Positions 27,765 to 37,380 of a stretch of 64,000 nt of DNA are shown one piece after another. The position numbers were made by a program, and so were the translations under genes. Position 1 is the stretch's first letter, and each line of letters opens with the position of its first letter. The stretch is from Thermodesulfobacteriota bacterium (GTDB lineage: Bacteria > Desulfobacterota > Desulfobacteria > Desulfobacterales > SURF-7): assembly GCA_049320885.1 (NCBI GenBank), contig JBMORA010000009.1, positions 256,001-320,000 of the forward strand, in the 5' to 3' direction. The notes beneath the pieces were generated by a model, which was not told the origin of the DNA, did no database searches, and worked only from the letters and a program-made list of their open reading frames with translations.

Positions 27765-28241
27765 ATGCCCGGTATCCGGTATACGATCCTCCTGGGTCTA
27801 TTGGCTCTGCTCTTCCTGCCGTCCCGTCCGGCCGAGGCCGTGCGGGGCTACACCGAACGAGACTATATCATCGACCGCTACAACCGCTTCCAGGGCTATG
27901 AGCCGGTGCTGTATGAGCCTTACACCATCAGCGTATCCGACACCCGGTGGGATCAGGTGTTCGGTTACGTCATGAGCAAGGACCGCACCCTGCTGTTGGA
28001 AATAACGCCGGTGACAGCCTCGGCCGGGGTGATCATGTTCGGCAGCGAGACCGGGTCGCCCCGATGCCTCAAGGCGGTCTGGGCCCACGACAACATCACG
28101 GAACCCATCCGGTTCTGGACGGACCGGTTCTGGTCGCCGGACGACCGGGAGTGCGATAACACCTACACCGATTGTCCGCGGATCATGTTCAGGGCCACCA
28201 GCGGCACCTTGGGGGTGAGCGTCCTGGAACGGAAAAAATAA
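27765..28241 (+). CDS. exported hypothetical protein
   Basis: AAGGAG RBS, signal peptide ending AEA, GC3-biased codons. Confidence 0.7.
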   Translation: MPGIRYTILLGLLALLFLPSRPAEAVRGYTERDYIIDRYNRFQGYEPVLYEPYTISVSDTRWDQVFGYVMSKDRTLLLEITPVTASAGVIMFGSETGSPRCLKAVWAHDNITEPIRFWTDRFWSPDDRECDNTYTDCPRIMFRATSGTLGVSVLERKK

Positions 28242-28251
28242 GTCCGTTCCG

Positions 28252-29019
28252 TCACCTCCGCGCTTTGAACGCTGTATTTTTCATCTTCAGGCGTTCCACC
28301 AGCGTGTACATCAGAAACAACGGATTCCCCCACAGGTAACGGACCAGTCCCCGGCGGGGTTCCTCCAACAGCATCCACAGCCATTCCATGTGGTTGTCCA
28401 GCATCCAGCGGGGCGCCCGGGTCCGCAAGCCGGCCATGTACCGGTAGGCGCTGCCGCAGATCATGAACACCTTGACGTTCAGCTTCCGGCAATTGTCCAG
28501 CACCCATTTTTCCTGCAGGGGCATGCCCATGCCCACCCACAGGATGTCCGGCGCGGCCCGGTTGATGAGCCGGATTGTCGCTTCGTTTTCCGGACCTCGT
28601 TTTTGAAAAAAACCATGCTGGGTTCCCACGATCCGGATCCGGGGAAACGCCTGCCGAATGCGCGCGGCGGCTGCATCCGGAAGCCCTTCCGGCCCGCCCA
28701 GCAGGAACAGACGGTACTGCCGGTCCGCGATGTGCCGGGACAGGGGCGGCCACCAATCGGCCCAGGTGATCCGCTGCGGGATACGATAGCCGAAGGCCTT
28801 GGCCGCCAGAATGATCCCGCCGCCGTCCACATGCACCACGTCCGCCTGTTTGAAAAAATCCGCCAGCCAGGGCCGGGTCCGGGCCAGGTTGACGGCGTGG
28901 GCGTTGACGGAAAGAATGAAACCGGGGCCGCCCCGGCCGATGAGGCGGTCGATTTCCGCGTGGATTTCCACCATGCCCGCCGCCGTCACTTTGATTCCCA
29001 ACATCTCCAATTGCCGCAT
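28252..29019 (-). CDS. WecB/TagA/CpsF family glycosyltransferase (GT26)
   Basis: DGGG, RITWAD, LFLLGG, HGFF, VGMGMPLQEKW, RAPRWM..EWLW.LLEEPRR. Confidence 0.93.
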   Translation of the reverse strand: MRQLEMLGIKVTAAGMVEIHAEIDRLIGRGGPGFILSVNAHAVNLARTRPWLADFFKQADVVHVDGGGIILAAKAFGYRIPQRITWADWWPPLSRHIADRQYRLFLLGGPEGLPDAAAARIRQAFPRIRIVGTQHGFFQKRGPENEATIRLINRAAPDILWVGMGMPLQEKWVLDNCRKLNVKVFMICGSAYRYMAGLRTRAPRWMLDNHMEWLWMLLEEPRRGLVRYLWGNPLFLMYTLVERLKMKNTAFKARR

Positions 29020-29030
29020 GGGGTCTCCTT

Positions 29031-29924
29031 CTATATCTGCCGTCGCCTGCGGGCCCGGACTACCTCCTGTTGGATGTTCTTCCCCAACAACCGTTTCAGT
29101 TGTTCCCTTCTCAGGAACTCCGCCAGACGAAGATCTTCCAGCCGCGGTTCCGAGCGCATCCAGGCCAGCGCATAGCCAAGCAGGATGAGCAGGCCCGCGC
29201 CATGGGGCGGCTCCAGCGCGCGATAGATCGCCCGTCCCAGAACGAACAGCGGCAGGGCGCGCACGGCGTACATGCCCCGGCCGTGACCGATATGGCCGCG
29301 AAGCATTCCTTTTTCCGAGCCGGTCATGCGCAGATGCCGGATGGCCAAATCCCGGAAGGAGCGCGTTTCCCAGCCCAGCATGCGGGCCCTGGCGCCGTCC
29401 AGGATATCCCAGCCGTAAATCGGAAGGAGGCCGTTGATCCCTCGAAAGCACGTCATCCGGTAGGTTTTGCAGGCCCCGGTCACGTGAAAATCCGGAAAGC
29501 GCTCCTCGATCCAGGCGCCCCGGTGTTCAATGAAGAGTTTGCCCGAGGCCATGCCGAGGCTGCGGTCCGCCTGAAATCGCGCCAGCAGGGTTTCAAAATA
29601 GTCTTCCGGCAATAGAATGTCCGCGTCCAGTTTGACCAGATACTCCATTTCCTGATGGAGATGGGGGAGCCCGTCGTTGAAAACCCGGACAACGTGGGCG
29701 CCCAGTTCCCGCCGGACTTTCCCGGTGCGTCGGACCGGATGGATGAACGGGTATGCCTGGCGCGCTTCGGTAAGGAGCCGCCAGGTGGCGTCCGTGGAGC
29801 GGTCGTCCACGATGACCCAGCGGCTTGGTTTCCAGGTCTGGGCGGCCACGGCCCGGATGACCCGGGGCAGAAAAGCCGCTTCGTTATGGGCCGGCGTTAT
29901 GATGGCGTAGGATGGCTGTCTCAT
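29031..29924 (-). CDS. glycosyltransferase family 2
   Basis: IITPAHNEA, VDDRSTDAT, KLDAD, YGWD. Confidence 0.92.
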   Translation of the reverse strand: MRQPSYAIITPAHNEAAFLPRVIRAVAAQTWKPSRWVIVDDRSTDATWRLLTEARQAYPFIHPVRRTGKVRRELGAHVVRVFNDGLPHLHQEMEYLVKLDADILLPEDYFETLLARFQADRSLGMASGKLFIEHRGAWIEERFPDFHVTGACKTYRMTCFRGINGLLPIYGWDILDGARARMLGWETRSFRDLAIRHLRMTGSEKGMLRGHIGHGRGMYAVRALPLFVLGRAIYRALEPPHGAGLLILLGYALAWMRSEPRLEDLRLAEFLRREQLKRLLGKNIQQEVVRARRRRQI

Positions 29925-31156
29925 GGTTTTTCCATTTTGATTTCCTCCCGGAAAATCCTTTCCAGAATGCGGGTGTTGGTGGCAGCCTCATAGCGTTTCT
30001 CCGCATGGCGGCGTCCGGCGGCGCCCATTTCCACCATCCGCTCCGGGTCCTGAGACAACCGGGCCAGGCAGTCCGCCAGGGCCGCCGGGTCGTTCCGGGG
30101 ATAGAGCAGGCCGGTTTCGCCCGTTATCACCATTTCCGGCAGGCCCGTCATGTCCGGCGCCACCACCGCGCGCCCCTTGGCCATGGCCTCGATGACGGTC
30201 ATGGGCGTGCCCTCGCTTCTGGAGGATAACACCATGACATGGCACCAGTCGAACTGGCGGGCCACCTCCGCTTCGAATAGCGGCCCCGTCATTGCAACCC
30301 GGCCGGCAAGACCATGGGCCTCGATCAGCCGGGAGATCCGGGTTTTGATGGGGCCGTCCCCCACCAGGCGGCAGACAAACGGTATTCCCAAGTCCCGCAG
30401 GCGGGAACAGGCTTCGAGCAGCAACTCATGGCCTTTCACCGGATCGAACCGGGCCACGTTCAGAATGCGCAAGGGGGGAATCGGCGCTGGCGGAACAACC
30501 GTCCGCCACGGGGGCTGCGAAACGGACAGTCCCAGGGGGACCACGAAAAAGCGCTGTCGGCCCAGGGCGGGAAACCGCCGGCGCAGAAAGTTTACATGAT
30601 ATCGGCAGTTGGATACCACGAAGCGGGCCCGCCGCAGTTTTTCGAACGTCATGGGCTGGGGCAGCAGTACGTCCGAGCCGTGAATGCTGATGCTGTAAGG
30701 AATACCGCTGAGCGTTTCCAGCAGCATGGCCACGCCGGCCGCGCCAAAAGCGAAATGGACATGCACATGGACGACGCGGTTGTTCCGCAGGTGTTCCGCC
30801 AGAACCGCGGCCCCGGCCAGTCGGGCCAGATTGCGGAAGCGTTGGCCCGGGAAGGCGTCCGTCACCTTCAGCGCCAGTCCGATGGCCCGCAGATACCGCC
30901 GGGGATGTCGAACAAGCCATCCCAAATTGGCCTTCAGGTAGGGCAGGGGACGAACGGGGTTTAAATAGAAGGTCCCATCCACCAGGTCCCGGTCGCCGGG
31001 ATGGAAGGCGCCCGTCGCCGGCGGGCGGTTGGCCGCCAGCAGCGGAAAGAGGCCGACGCTGTTCAGACCCCGGACTTCCCGCTGCAGAAAGGTGGTGTTG
31101 AGGTGCGGAAAGGTGGAGAAAAAATAGGCGATTTTTAGTTCCGGAAGGTTCATCAT
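29921..31156 (-). CDS. glycosyltransferase family 4 (WcaL-like)
   Basis: HVHVHFA, HGSD, ARFDPVKG, EGTPMTVIEAMA, GLPE. Confidence 0.92.
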   Translation of the reverse strand: MMNLPELKIAYFFSTFPHLNTTFLQREVRGLNSVGLFPLLAANRPPATGAFHPGDRDLVDGTFYLNPVRPLPYLKANLGWLVRHPRRYLRAIGLALKVTDAFPGQRFRNLARLAGAAVLAEHLRNNRVVHVHVHFAFGAAGVAMLLETLSGIPYSISIHGSDVLLPQPMTFEKLRRARFVVSNCRYHVNFLRRRFPALGRQRFFVVPLGLSVSQPPWRTVVPPAPIPPLRILNVARFDPVKGHELLLEACSRLRDLGIPFVCRLVGDGPIKTRISRLIEAHGLAGRVAMTGPLFEAEVARQFDWCHVMVLSSRSEGTPMTVIEAMAKGRAVVAPDMTGLPEMVITGETGLLYPRNDPAALADCLARLSQDPERMVEMGAAGRRHAEKRYEAATNTRILERIFREEIKMEKP

Positions 31157-31178
31157 CGGTTGCGATTGGATCCCGGAT

Positions 31179-32330
31179 TTATTGACAGTCCGCGGGCTGC
31201 TCGGACATAATCCGGCGGCTCCCCTTTCCCTGTCCCGATGCGGCCCGATATTGCGAGAAGGAGGAATATTCCCGGTCCAGGTAGACAAACGCGCCCTTCC
31301 CGCAAAAAAGGTTGTTGGTTTCCGAATAACCGCTTGCGGCGCCTTTCTCCACGATCAGAAAACCGTCCTCGTACCGGCCGATGATCCGGTTCAGGTTGAT
31401 TCTCACCTGGCGGACCCCGGCCATCAGGCGGATGCCGCAGTCCGCGGTTACATGGTGGAGCCGGTTGCCGGCGATATGGATACGCTGGGGTTTTCCCCCC
31501 TGCCCCTGGCCGTAGAGGGAGATACCGCCGCGGAGGTTGTTTTCGAAGTCATTGCCGGAAATGATGGTGTCGCTGCAGGTCAGCGGTGGATCCACCCAGA
31601 CGGACAAGCCGAAGTCCCCGTTTTCCAGCAGCCGGTTCCTTTCAATGCGGTTCCGGTCGCCTTCCATGCGGATGCCCACCCGGGCGTTGCCGGACACCTG
31701 ATTGGCGCGCACCTCGTTGTCGTTCCCCAGGATATAGACGCCGTGGCCGTCTTCGCCGGTCCCGGTCCGGTTCCGGCCGTTTTCCAGGATTCGGTTGCCT
31801 TCGATGCGGTTATGATGACCGCCCACGTATATGCCGCTGTATCCATCCAGACCGCAGTTTTGAATGGTATTGCCCTCGATCACATTGTAGTCCGCTCCAT
31901 GGTCCTCCGCATCCAGATGGTCGTGGAGGTGGATCCCGTTGCGGAGGGAATTGCGGACGACGAGTCCCCGGATGCAGACATGGGAGGCGTTCCAGAGGAT
32001 CACCCCGTGCCGCCTCCCCGCGGCGTCGATAACCGGCGGGTTGTCCGGTGATCCCTGGAAGACGATGATTGCCCCGGGGGCTCCGGAGCGCGTTATTTCC
32101 AGCATGGCGGGGTAAATGCCGCCGCCGATGGTCACGGTGTCGCCGGGCCGGGCCTGCCGGGCGGCCATGGCCGGGGTTTTCCACGGTTCCCGGGCGGTTC
32201 CGGGATTGCCGTCATCGCCGTCGGGACTCACATACCAGGTTTGGGCCTCCACCGGCTGAACCAGTACCGGCGCAAGCAAGCCCAGACAGATCAATACTCC
32301 CGCAAAACAATGAAGCGCGTTTTTCAGCAC
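31179..32330 (-). CDS. secreted right-handed parallel beta-helix protein (polysaccharide lyase/hydrolase-like)
   Basis: Signal peptide, WYVSPDGDDGNPGT..PWKT, PGDTV..GGIY, repeated N.IEGN.I units. Confidence 0.85.
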   Translation of the reverse strand: MLKNALHCFAGVLICLGLLAPVLVQPVEAQTWYVSPDGDDGNPGTAREPWKTPAMAARQARPGDTVTIGGGIYPAMLEITRSGAPGAIIVFQGSPDNPPVIDAAGRRHGVILWNASHVCIRGLVVRNSLRNGIHLHDHLDAEDHGADYNVIEGNTIQNCGLDGYSGIYVGGHHNRIEGNRILENGRNRTGTGEDGHGVYILGNDNEVRANQVSGNARVGIRMEGDRNRIERNRLLENGDFGLSVWVDPPLTCSDTIISGNDFENNLRGGISLYGQGQGGKPQRIHIAGNRLHHVTADCGIRLMAGVRQVRINLNRIIGRYEDGFLIVEKGAASGYSETNNLFCGKGAFVYLDREYSSFSQYRAASGQGKGSRRIMSEQPADCQ

Positions 32331-32408
32331 AGGTCACCTCTCTTTTCCGGGATCGGAAGCAATTCCCCGATTCCCGTCAGGCTGTTCGTGTCCGCCGGCT
32401 TCGGCGGG

Positions 32409-34259
32409 TCATAGCAGCAACACATCCGGATGGCGATCCATCACGCTGTCACCGTAAAGTCCCAGCCCCAGCATGGCGAGGGCCGTAAACAGATGGATCA
32501 TATGATAGCGGTCGTGCCGGTTTCCCCCGGCGATAATGCGCTGGAGTTGTCCGAAGTCGATCACTTCCCGCAGGATCGGGTGCATTGCCCCTTCGCGGGC
32601 CATCATTCCGAAAAGCGGGGCGCCGGCCGGAAGGGCTTCCGCGCCTTTCAGCAGATGCTTCAGGTTCAGGGTCCAGGCCGGACGGATGAATTTGATCCTT
32701 TTCTTCCAGTGGTTCAGGCGAAACCGCGCCGATCCGAGAGGCCCCTGATAGCCGCTGTATTCCAGGGCCGCCGTCGCGGGCGACAACCGCTGTAAAAACC
32801 GCCGGTACAAATCGAATCCCGACTTCCGGGATTGGGGGCAATGAATTGCATCGGAATAAAAGGGCAGGCTGTAGAAGGGACTCGCGCTCCAGAAATAGCA
32901 GCGGTTGCGGTCCTCGGCTTCAAAACAGATTTTGACGCCGATGCCGTAAAATTGCCAGTGGAGCCACTTGGCCTCCAGACTTTTCTCCGGAAGCGCCTCG
33001 AGGTATTCCACCAGGGAATTGAGCAGGGTCGCTTCTGGTATTCCGGTGAGGGCGGTGGTCAATTTCATTCCCAGGCGGCGGCCGCCCAGATAATTGTCCT
33101 GGACGATATAGTCCGCAAGACCCGGCAGACCGGTCATGGGAACCGGCGGGCGCAGGGCCGGGAGACATTGATCGCCGCCGTCACCGGTGAACTGGACGAT
33201 GTCGCCGCCATATCGGCGCCGCAGTTCCCGGAAATATTCCAAAATAAAGGCCATATACAGCGGGCTGAAACCGGCTTTCAGATACAGCAATTCGCGGGCG
33301 TCCCGGCAGCGCAGCGGCTGGAGGGAAATCAGGTTCCATGGTGCCCCGAGGGACTGCGCCACCCGCCGGGCGCAGGCCGTTTCCGAATCGGGGGTATATC
33401 CGGCGCGAAAGAATGTCGCCGTGACGAACGGACTTCCCGCGGCGTGGAGTCCGGCCGCCACCGCACGGGAATCCAGTCCTCCGCTCAGGGAAACGACATG
33501 GCAGGCGTCGCCGCCCGCTCTTGCCTTGCAGGCGGCGATAAAGCCTTCCACAAGCCGATCCGCCTTTCGGTCACCGCTTTCATGCTCCGAATCCCTTTGG
33601 CTGAAGTCAAAGCGGTGCAGCCTCCGCACCGTGACCTGCCGTTCCAATGGATCAACCTGCAACAGGCTGGCCGGTGTCAGCAACCGGATTTCCCGGAAAA
33701 CCGTTTTCTCTTCCAGGGCATGACCCAGCATGAGGAAATGCGCCAGGGAAAGCCGGTCGACGCTCAATCCGTTCCACAGGGAATACAGAAAACGGGCATC
33801 CCGGGACAGGGCGAAACCGGTCTTCCCGCAACGATAGTACAGCGGCAGACGGCCGAACAGGTCATTCAGGACAGCGGTTTTGCCGCTCCGCTTTTCATGC
33901 ATAAAAAGGATGAAATCTCCGTCCATTTCATGCAGCCGGTGTCCCAGGGAGCTATGATCCGGCGGTGCGATGAAAACCTGCCGCACCACGCCCGCCAGGG
34001 TTTTCTGCAGATCACATCGGGGAAGATCGTAAATGCGGCCTTCCAGGACCATGTTAAAATCATCGTCTTCCATGATGGTGACGGGATAGGAATCATAGGA
34101 TTTTGTTCCCAGCACCATCCCGGGCGTCCGTATGCGGATTCGGTGTCTGTCACCCGGAAGCAGGAAAAGGGACCGGCCCGCCCGCTCATAAAGGATTTCG
34201 GGTGGTTGCATGTCGGATGATTCCGGGTTAAAGCATTGGATCACATTGATTCCAGGCAT
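32409..34259 (-). CDS. asparagine synthase-related amidoligase
   Basis: NDLFGRLPLYY, PP-loop VSLSGGLDSR, FTGDGGD; N-terminus MPGI rather than MCGI. Confidence 0.85.
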   Translation of the reverse strand: MPGINVIQCFNPESSDMQPPEILYERAGRSLFLLPGDRHRIRIRTPGMVLGTKSYDSYPVTIMEDDDFNMVLEGRIYDLPRCDLQKTLAGVVRQVFIAPPDHSSLGHRLHEMDGDFILFMHEKRSGKTAVLNDLFGRLPLYYRCGKTGFALSRDARFLYSLWNGLSVDRLSLAHFLMLGHALEEKTVFREIRLLTPASLLQVDPLERQVTVRRLHRFDFSQRDSEHESGDRKADRLVEGFIAACKARAGGDACHVVSLSGGLDSRAVAAGLHAAGSPFVTATFFRAGYTPDSETACARRVAQSLGAPWNLISLQPLRCRDARELLYLKAGFSPLYMAFILEYFRELRRRYGGDIVQFTGDGGDQCLPALRPPVPMTGLPGLADYIVQDNYLGGRRLGMKLTTALTGIPEATLLNSLVEYLEALPEKSLEAKWLHWQFYGIGVKICFEAEDRNRCYFWSASPFYSLPFYSDAIHCPQSRKSGFDLYRRFLQRLSPATAALEYSGYQGPLGSARFRLNHWKKRIKFIRPAWTLNLKHLLKGAEALPAGAPLFGMMAREGAMHPILREVIDFGQLQRIIAGGNRHDRYHMIHLFTALAMLGLGLYGDSVMDRHPDVLLL

Positions 34260-34366
34260 GAAATCCTCCGCGGGCCGACGGCTTTCCGATGGCGGCCCGC
34301 CTTACCGGCCGGTGTGATGATGCGCCTTCCCGGCGGAAAAGGAAAAATCGCTCTGTTCCGAATGAA

Positions 34367-34396
34367 GTGATACCGCATCCGGCCGGTATGTGTCAA
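34367..34396 (-). promoter_or_regulatory. possible internal promoter in the EPS cluster
   Basis: TTGACA-N18-TATCAC on minus strand within a 240-bp gap. Confidence 0.35.
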
Positions 34397-34499
34397 GGCG
34401 GCCAGGTGGTTCCTGCGGGCCCGGTGGAAGGCTGGTCTGCCTGAAGCGGCCAAGCCGGAATTCAGGGTGATTCCGCTGTGCTTTTTCCTATAGGGCCTT

Positions 34500-35870
34500 T
34501 CAAAATTGGCGCAGAAAATCCGTTTCAGGCGGTGCGGGGGGATCGAAACCCACAACCCGGAGCCCGCTGCGATCGTCTTCGAAAACCCTGGGAGCCAGGT
34601 CTTGTCCGGCAATCCGGAAGAACACTTCCTGGCCGGCCGGCACATCAAAACAAAGACCGGCTGTTTCCGAACGATCCAAATTCCTGGTGCCGGTGACGGG
34701 ATCGCGGATCGGTCCCAATTCGACCACCAGCCGGTCCTCCTCCCGGAACGCCTGCCAGTCAAGATATTTCGTTACCATCCAGTAATCCAGCAGTTGGGTG
34801 GTGGGAGCGACCCAGATTTTCCCCCGGCGGTGGAGATCGGCCAGATGCCGCAGGGCCGCGAGATCAGCTTCGGGCAAAAGCGCGCCGTCCGCGAAACGGG
34901 GCATGCCGAGGTGGGTATAGAGGATCAGGTATCCCTGCTCGGCCATGAGTTCATCCAGCACCCGGGAAGCCAGGGCGTAGCGCAGTGTGTGCCGGGTGCT
35001 CGGTTCCTTGAACCGGCGCAGATGACGGGTGAAGGCCATGAGCAGGGTGCCGTCCGTGAGTCGCGCCGGCTGACACAGCTCGTTGATCTGGGCGGTGGTA
35101 CGGGTCAACCGCCGGCGTCCGACTATATTTTTCATCAGGTTTTTCATCAGGTTGATATGAGGCTGGATGGCGACACGCATGGTTTTCGGCGGCCGGCGGC
35201 CCGAAAGCGGCCAGTCCACCAGTTCGGACCACCAATAATATTGAATCCCGAGAACCCGTATCAGGTCAAGGGTGAAAAAGGGGGAGGCGGGATTGTCGCC
35301 GGCATATCCCGGCTGGAGCCTGGCCTTGAGATTCTGCCGGTTGTTGGGGTCGCCGTGGTTGATCCAGGTCTTGAGAGACAACCCGTTGCGGGCGAACATG
35401 TCGGTCAGGCGCTGGGCGCTGTCCCTCAGGGCCGCCGGATTCGGCGGGTTGTGGTTAAAATCTCCCCATGAGTGCAGGGAATCGATCAAACCGGCCCGGA
35501 CCGCTTCGATGATCAAGGCAGCGTCGGGTCCCGGACTCCGGCCGTCCGGAAGGAAATAGGCCAGTTGCCCCGGTGTCTGGCCCACGGCAAAGAATGAATC
35601 GGCCACCGGTAGCCCCAGGCCGTCACCCGGATGATTGATGAACCGGTGTAATTCCAGGAAAGTCCGGCGGTCGCAGTCGTCGATGTCGGAGCAGATCGAC
35701 AAGGCGGCCGAATACGGAAACGGCATCGGCCGCAGCCGTACTTGGCCATGGGGGGCGCTCCCGGAAGTACTCCCTGACGCGCCGGCGGCTCCTGCCGCCG
35801 TTTTCCGCCGGTCCTCCTTGGGCTGAAACCGACTGTCGCTCTGATTGCATGACAGGTTATTCCGAATCAT
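34500..35870 (-). CDS. hypothetical EPS-locus protein, possibly polysaccharide-deacetylase-like fold
   Basis: ICSDIDD, DSLHSWGDF, WINHG, LYTHLG metal-ligand-like motifs; operon context. Confidence 0.65.
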   Translation of the reverse strand: MIRNNLSCNQSDSRFQPKEDRRKTAAGAAGASGSTSGSAPHGQVRLRPMPFPYSAALSICSDIDDCDRRTFLELHRFINHPGDGLGLPVADSFFAVGQTPGQLAYFLPDGRSPGPDAALIIEAVRAGLIDSLHSWGDFNHNPPNPAALRDSAQRLTDMFARNGLSLKTWINHGDPNNRQNLKARLQPGYAGDNPASPFFTLDLIRVLGIQYYWWSELVDWPLSGRRPPKTMRVAIQPHINLMKNLMKNIVGRRRLTRTTAQINELCQPARLTDGTLLMAFTRHLRRFKEPSTRHTLRYALASRVLDELMAEQGYLILYTHLGMPRFADGALLPEADLAALRHLADLHRRGKIWVAPTTQLLDYWMVTKYLDWQAFREEDRLVVELGPIRDPVTGTRNLDRSETAGLCFDVPAGQEVFFRIAGQDLAPRVFEDDRSGLRVVGFDPPAPPETDFLRQF

Positions 35871-35892
35871 TCGTTTTTCCCTCACTGGCAGT

Positions 35893-37380
35893 TCAGCGGT
35901 TTTTCCGGAAGGGTATGAGATTTACGACGGCCATGAATTCATCGCGCGACAAGGCCCCGGTAAGCAGCAGCAGTGCCAGCAGCGCCGGGGGCATCACCAG
36001 AAAAGTCACAAACGGATCCACCTCCCAGATCATCATCGCCCGTCCCAGGAGGAACCCCAGGAGACCTGCCAGCACCGGCCGCGCTGCTGTTCCAGCGAGT
36101 TCGAAGCGCACGCTCCGATCCCATCCCAGGGCTTTAAATTGCAGCACGAGCACGATGACCTGGCACAGGAAAGTTGAAATCGCCGCTCCGTTTTGCTGAA
36201 AAGCGGGGATCAGGGCCAGATTGAGCAGGATGTTGGCGATAAGCGCCAGACCGAAGATTCGGAGGCTTTTCCTCTCCTGGTTCATGGCAATGAGGGCGCT
36301 GGCAAAGGACAAGGCGGTGAAATCCAGCACCAGATTCAGGGCCATGAGACCCATGGTCGCAATGGCCGGTCGAAAGGCGGTACCATAGACCACCAGGATG
36401 AAGCTGTTGGCGAGGCCTCCGAGAAGCGCCGCCAGACACAATCCCGTCAGGAGAAGATATTTGAAATAATGCCGAAACGTCCGGGAAAAAGCCGGCCAGC
36501 TCTGGAGCGCGCATTGGCTCAAGACCGGCAGGAAGGCGCCCGTGAACGCATCCGGCAGGAAATCGAAGGCGGATGTCAGCCGCAGGGCCGCGGAATAGAA
36601 CCCGGTTGCGGCGTCGTCCGCCAGGGCCGGCAGCATGAGCATGTTGGCGGAGGCAAGGGCGGACAGGATGACCCGGATCAGCAGAAAGTCCTTCGCCGCT
36701 TTGCCCAGTTCCAGCATTCGGTTCCAGGGGCTTGTTGCCGGTTTCCCTGGCTGCGGGCCGACGGAATCGAAGGGAGGGAGAGGGGCGGCGATTTTTCGTA
36801 AAAACAGCCACCAGGAGAGGCAACAGGCACCTGCCTGGGCGATCAGTTCCAGCAGGACCAGGGTGATCAGACCCCGGCCGGAGAGAATGGCCGCCAGTCC
36901 CGCCATGCCGTATACCAGCCGGAAGCTCATCACCACCAGGGCTTCGTAACCGGCTTTCTGGCAGGCCCGGAAAAAAGCGTTACCGGAGGCGATATTGGCG
37001 CGGAAAAACAGGGAGAGACCGAGGATGATCACCACCCAGCGTTTCATGTCACTGTCCACCATCGTCAGGCCCAGGAGGAGGATCAGGCCGATGGAGATCA
37101 GGAAAACCAGTGCTTTCAGTTGAAAAACCGTGGCATACAGGGCCCCGGCCAATTCCCGCCGCCGGCCGACTTCCCGCTGGATGAAGCGGTCCAGGCCGAA
37201 ATTGATGCCGGTCTCGAAAAGGCCGACAAAGGTCAGCGCGAAGGCATAGATGCCCATCATCTGGGGACCGAGCCGGCGGGCCACGACGATCACCAGCAGC
37301 AGACTGACCATGCGGCTGAGCAGTTCCGTGGCGCTGAGCAAAATGGTGTTGACGGCTATTCTTCGTTCCGCGGCTTTCAT
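35893..37380 (-). CDS. wzx: polysaccharide flippase
   Basis: NTILL..VARRLGPQMMGIYAFA..NFGL, TGFYSAA, NILLNLALIP..GAAIST; many TM segments. Confidence 0.9.
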   Translation of the reverse strand: MKAAERRIAVNTILLSATELLSRMVSLLLVIVVARRLGPQMMGIYAFALTFVGLFETGINFGLDRFIQREVGRRRELAGALYATVFQLKALVFLISIGLILLLGLTMVDSDMKRWVVIILGLSLFFRANIASGNAFFRACQKAGYEALVVMSFRLVYGMAGLAAILSGRGLITLVLLELIAQAGACCLSWWLFLRKIAAPLPPFDSVGPQPGKPATSPWNRMLELGKAAKDFLLIRVILSALASANMLMLPALADDAATGFYSAALRLTSAFDFLPDAFTGAFLPVLSQCALQSWPAFSRTFRHYFKYLLLTGLCLAALLGGLANSFILVVYGTAFRPAIATMGLMALNLVLDFTALSFASALIAMNQERKSLRIFGLALIANILLNLALIPAFQQNGAAISTFLCQVIVLVLQFKALGWDRSVRFELAGTAARPVLAGLLGFLLGRAMMIWEVDPFVTFLVMPPALLALLLLTGALSRDEFMAVVNLIPFRKNR

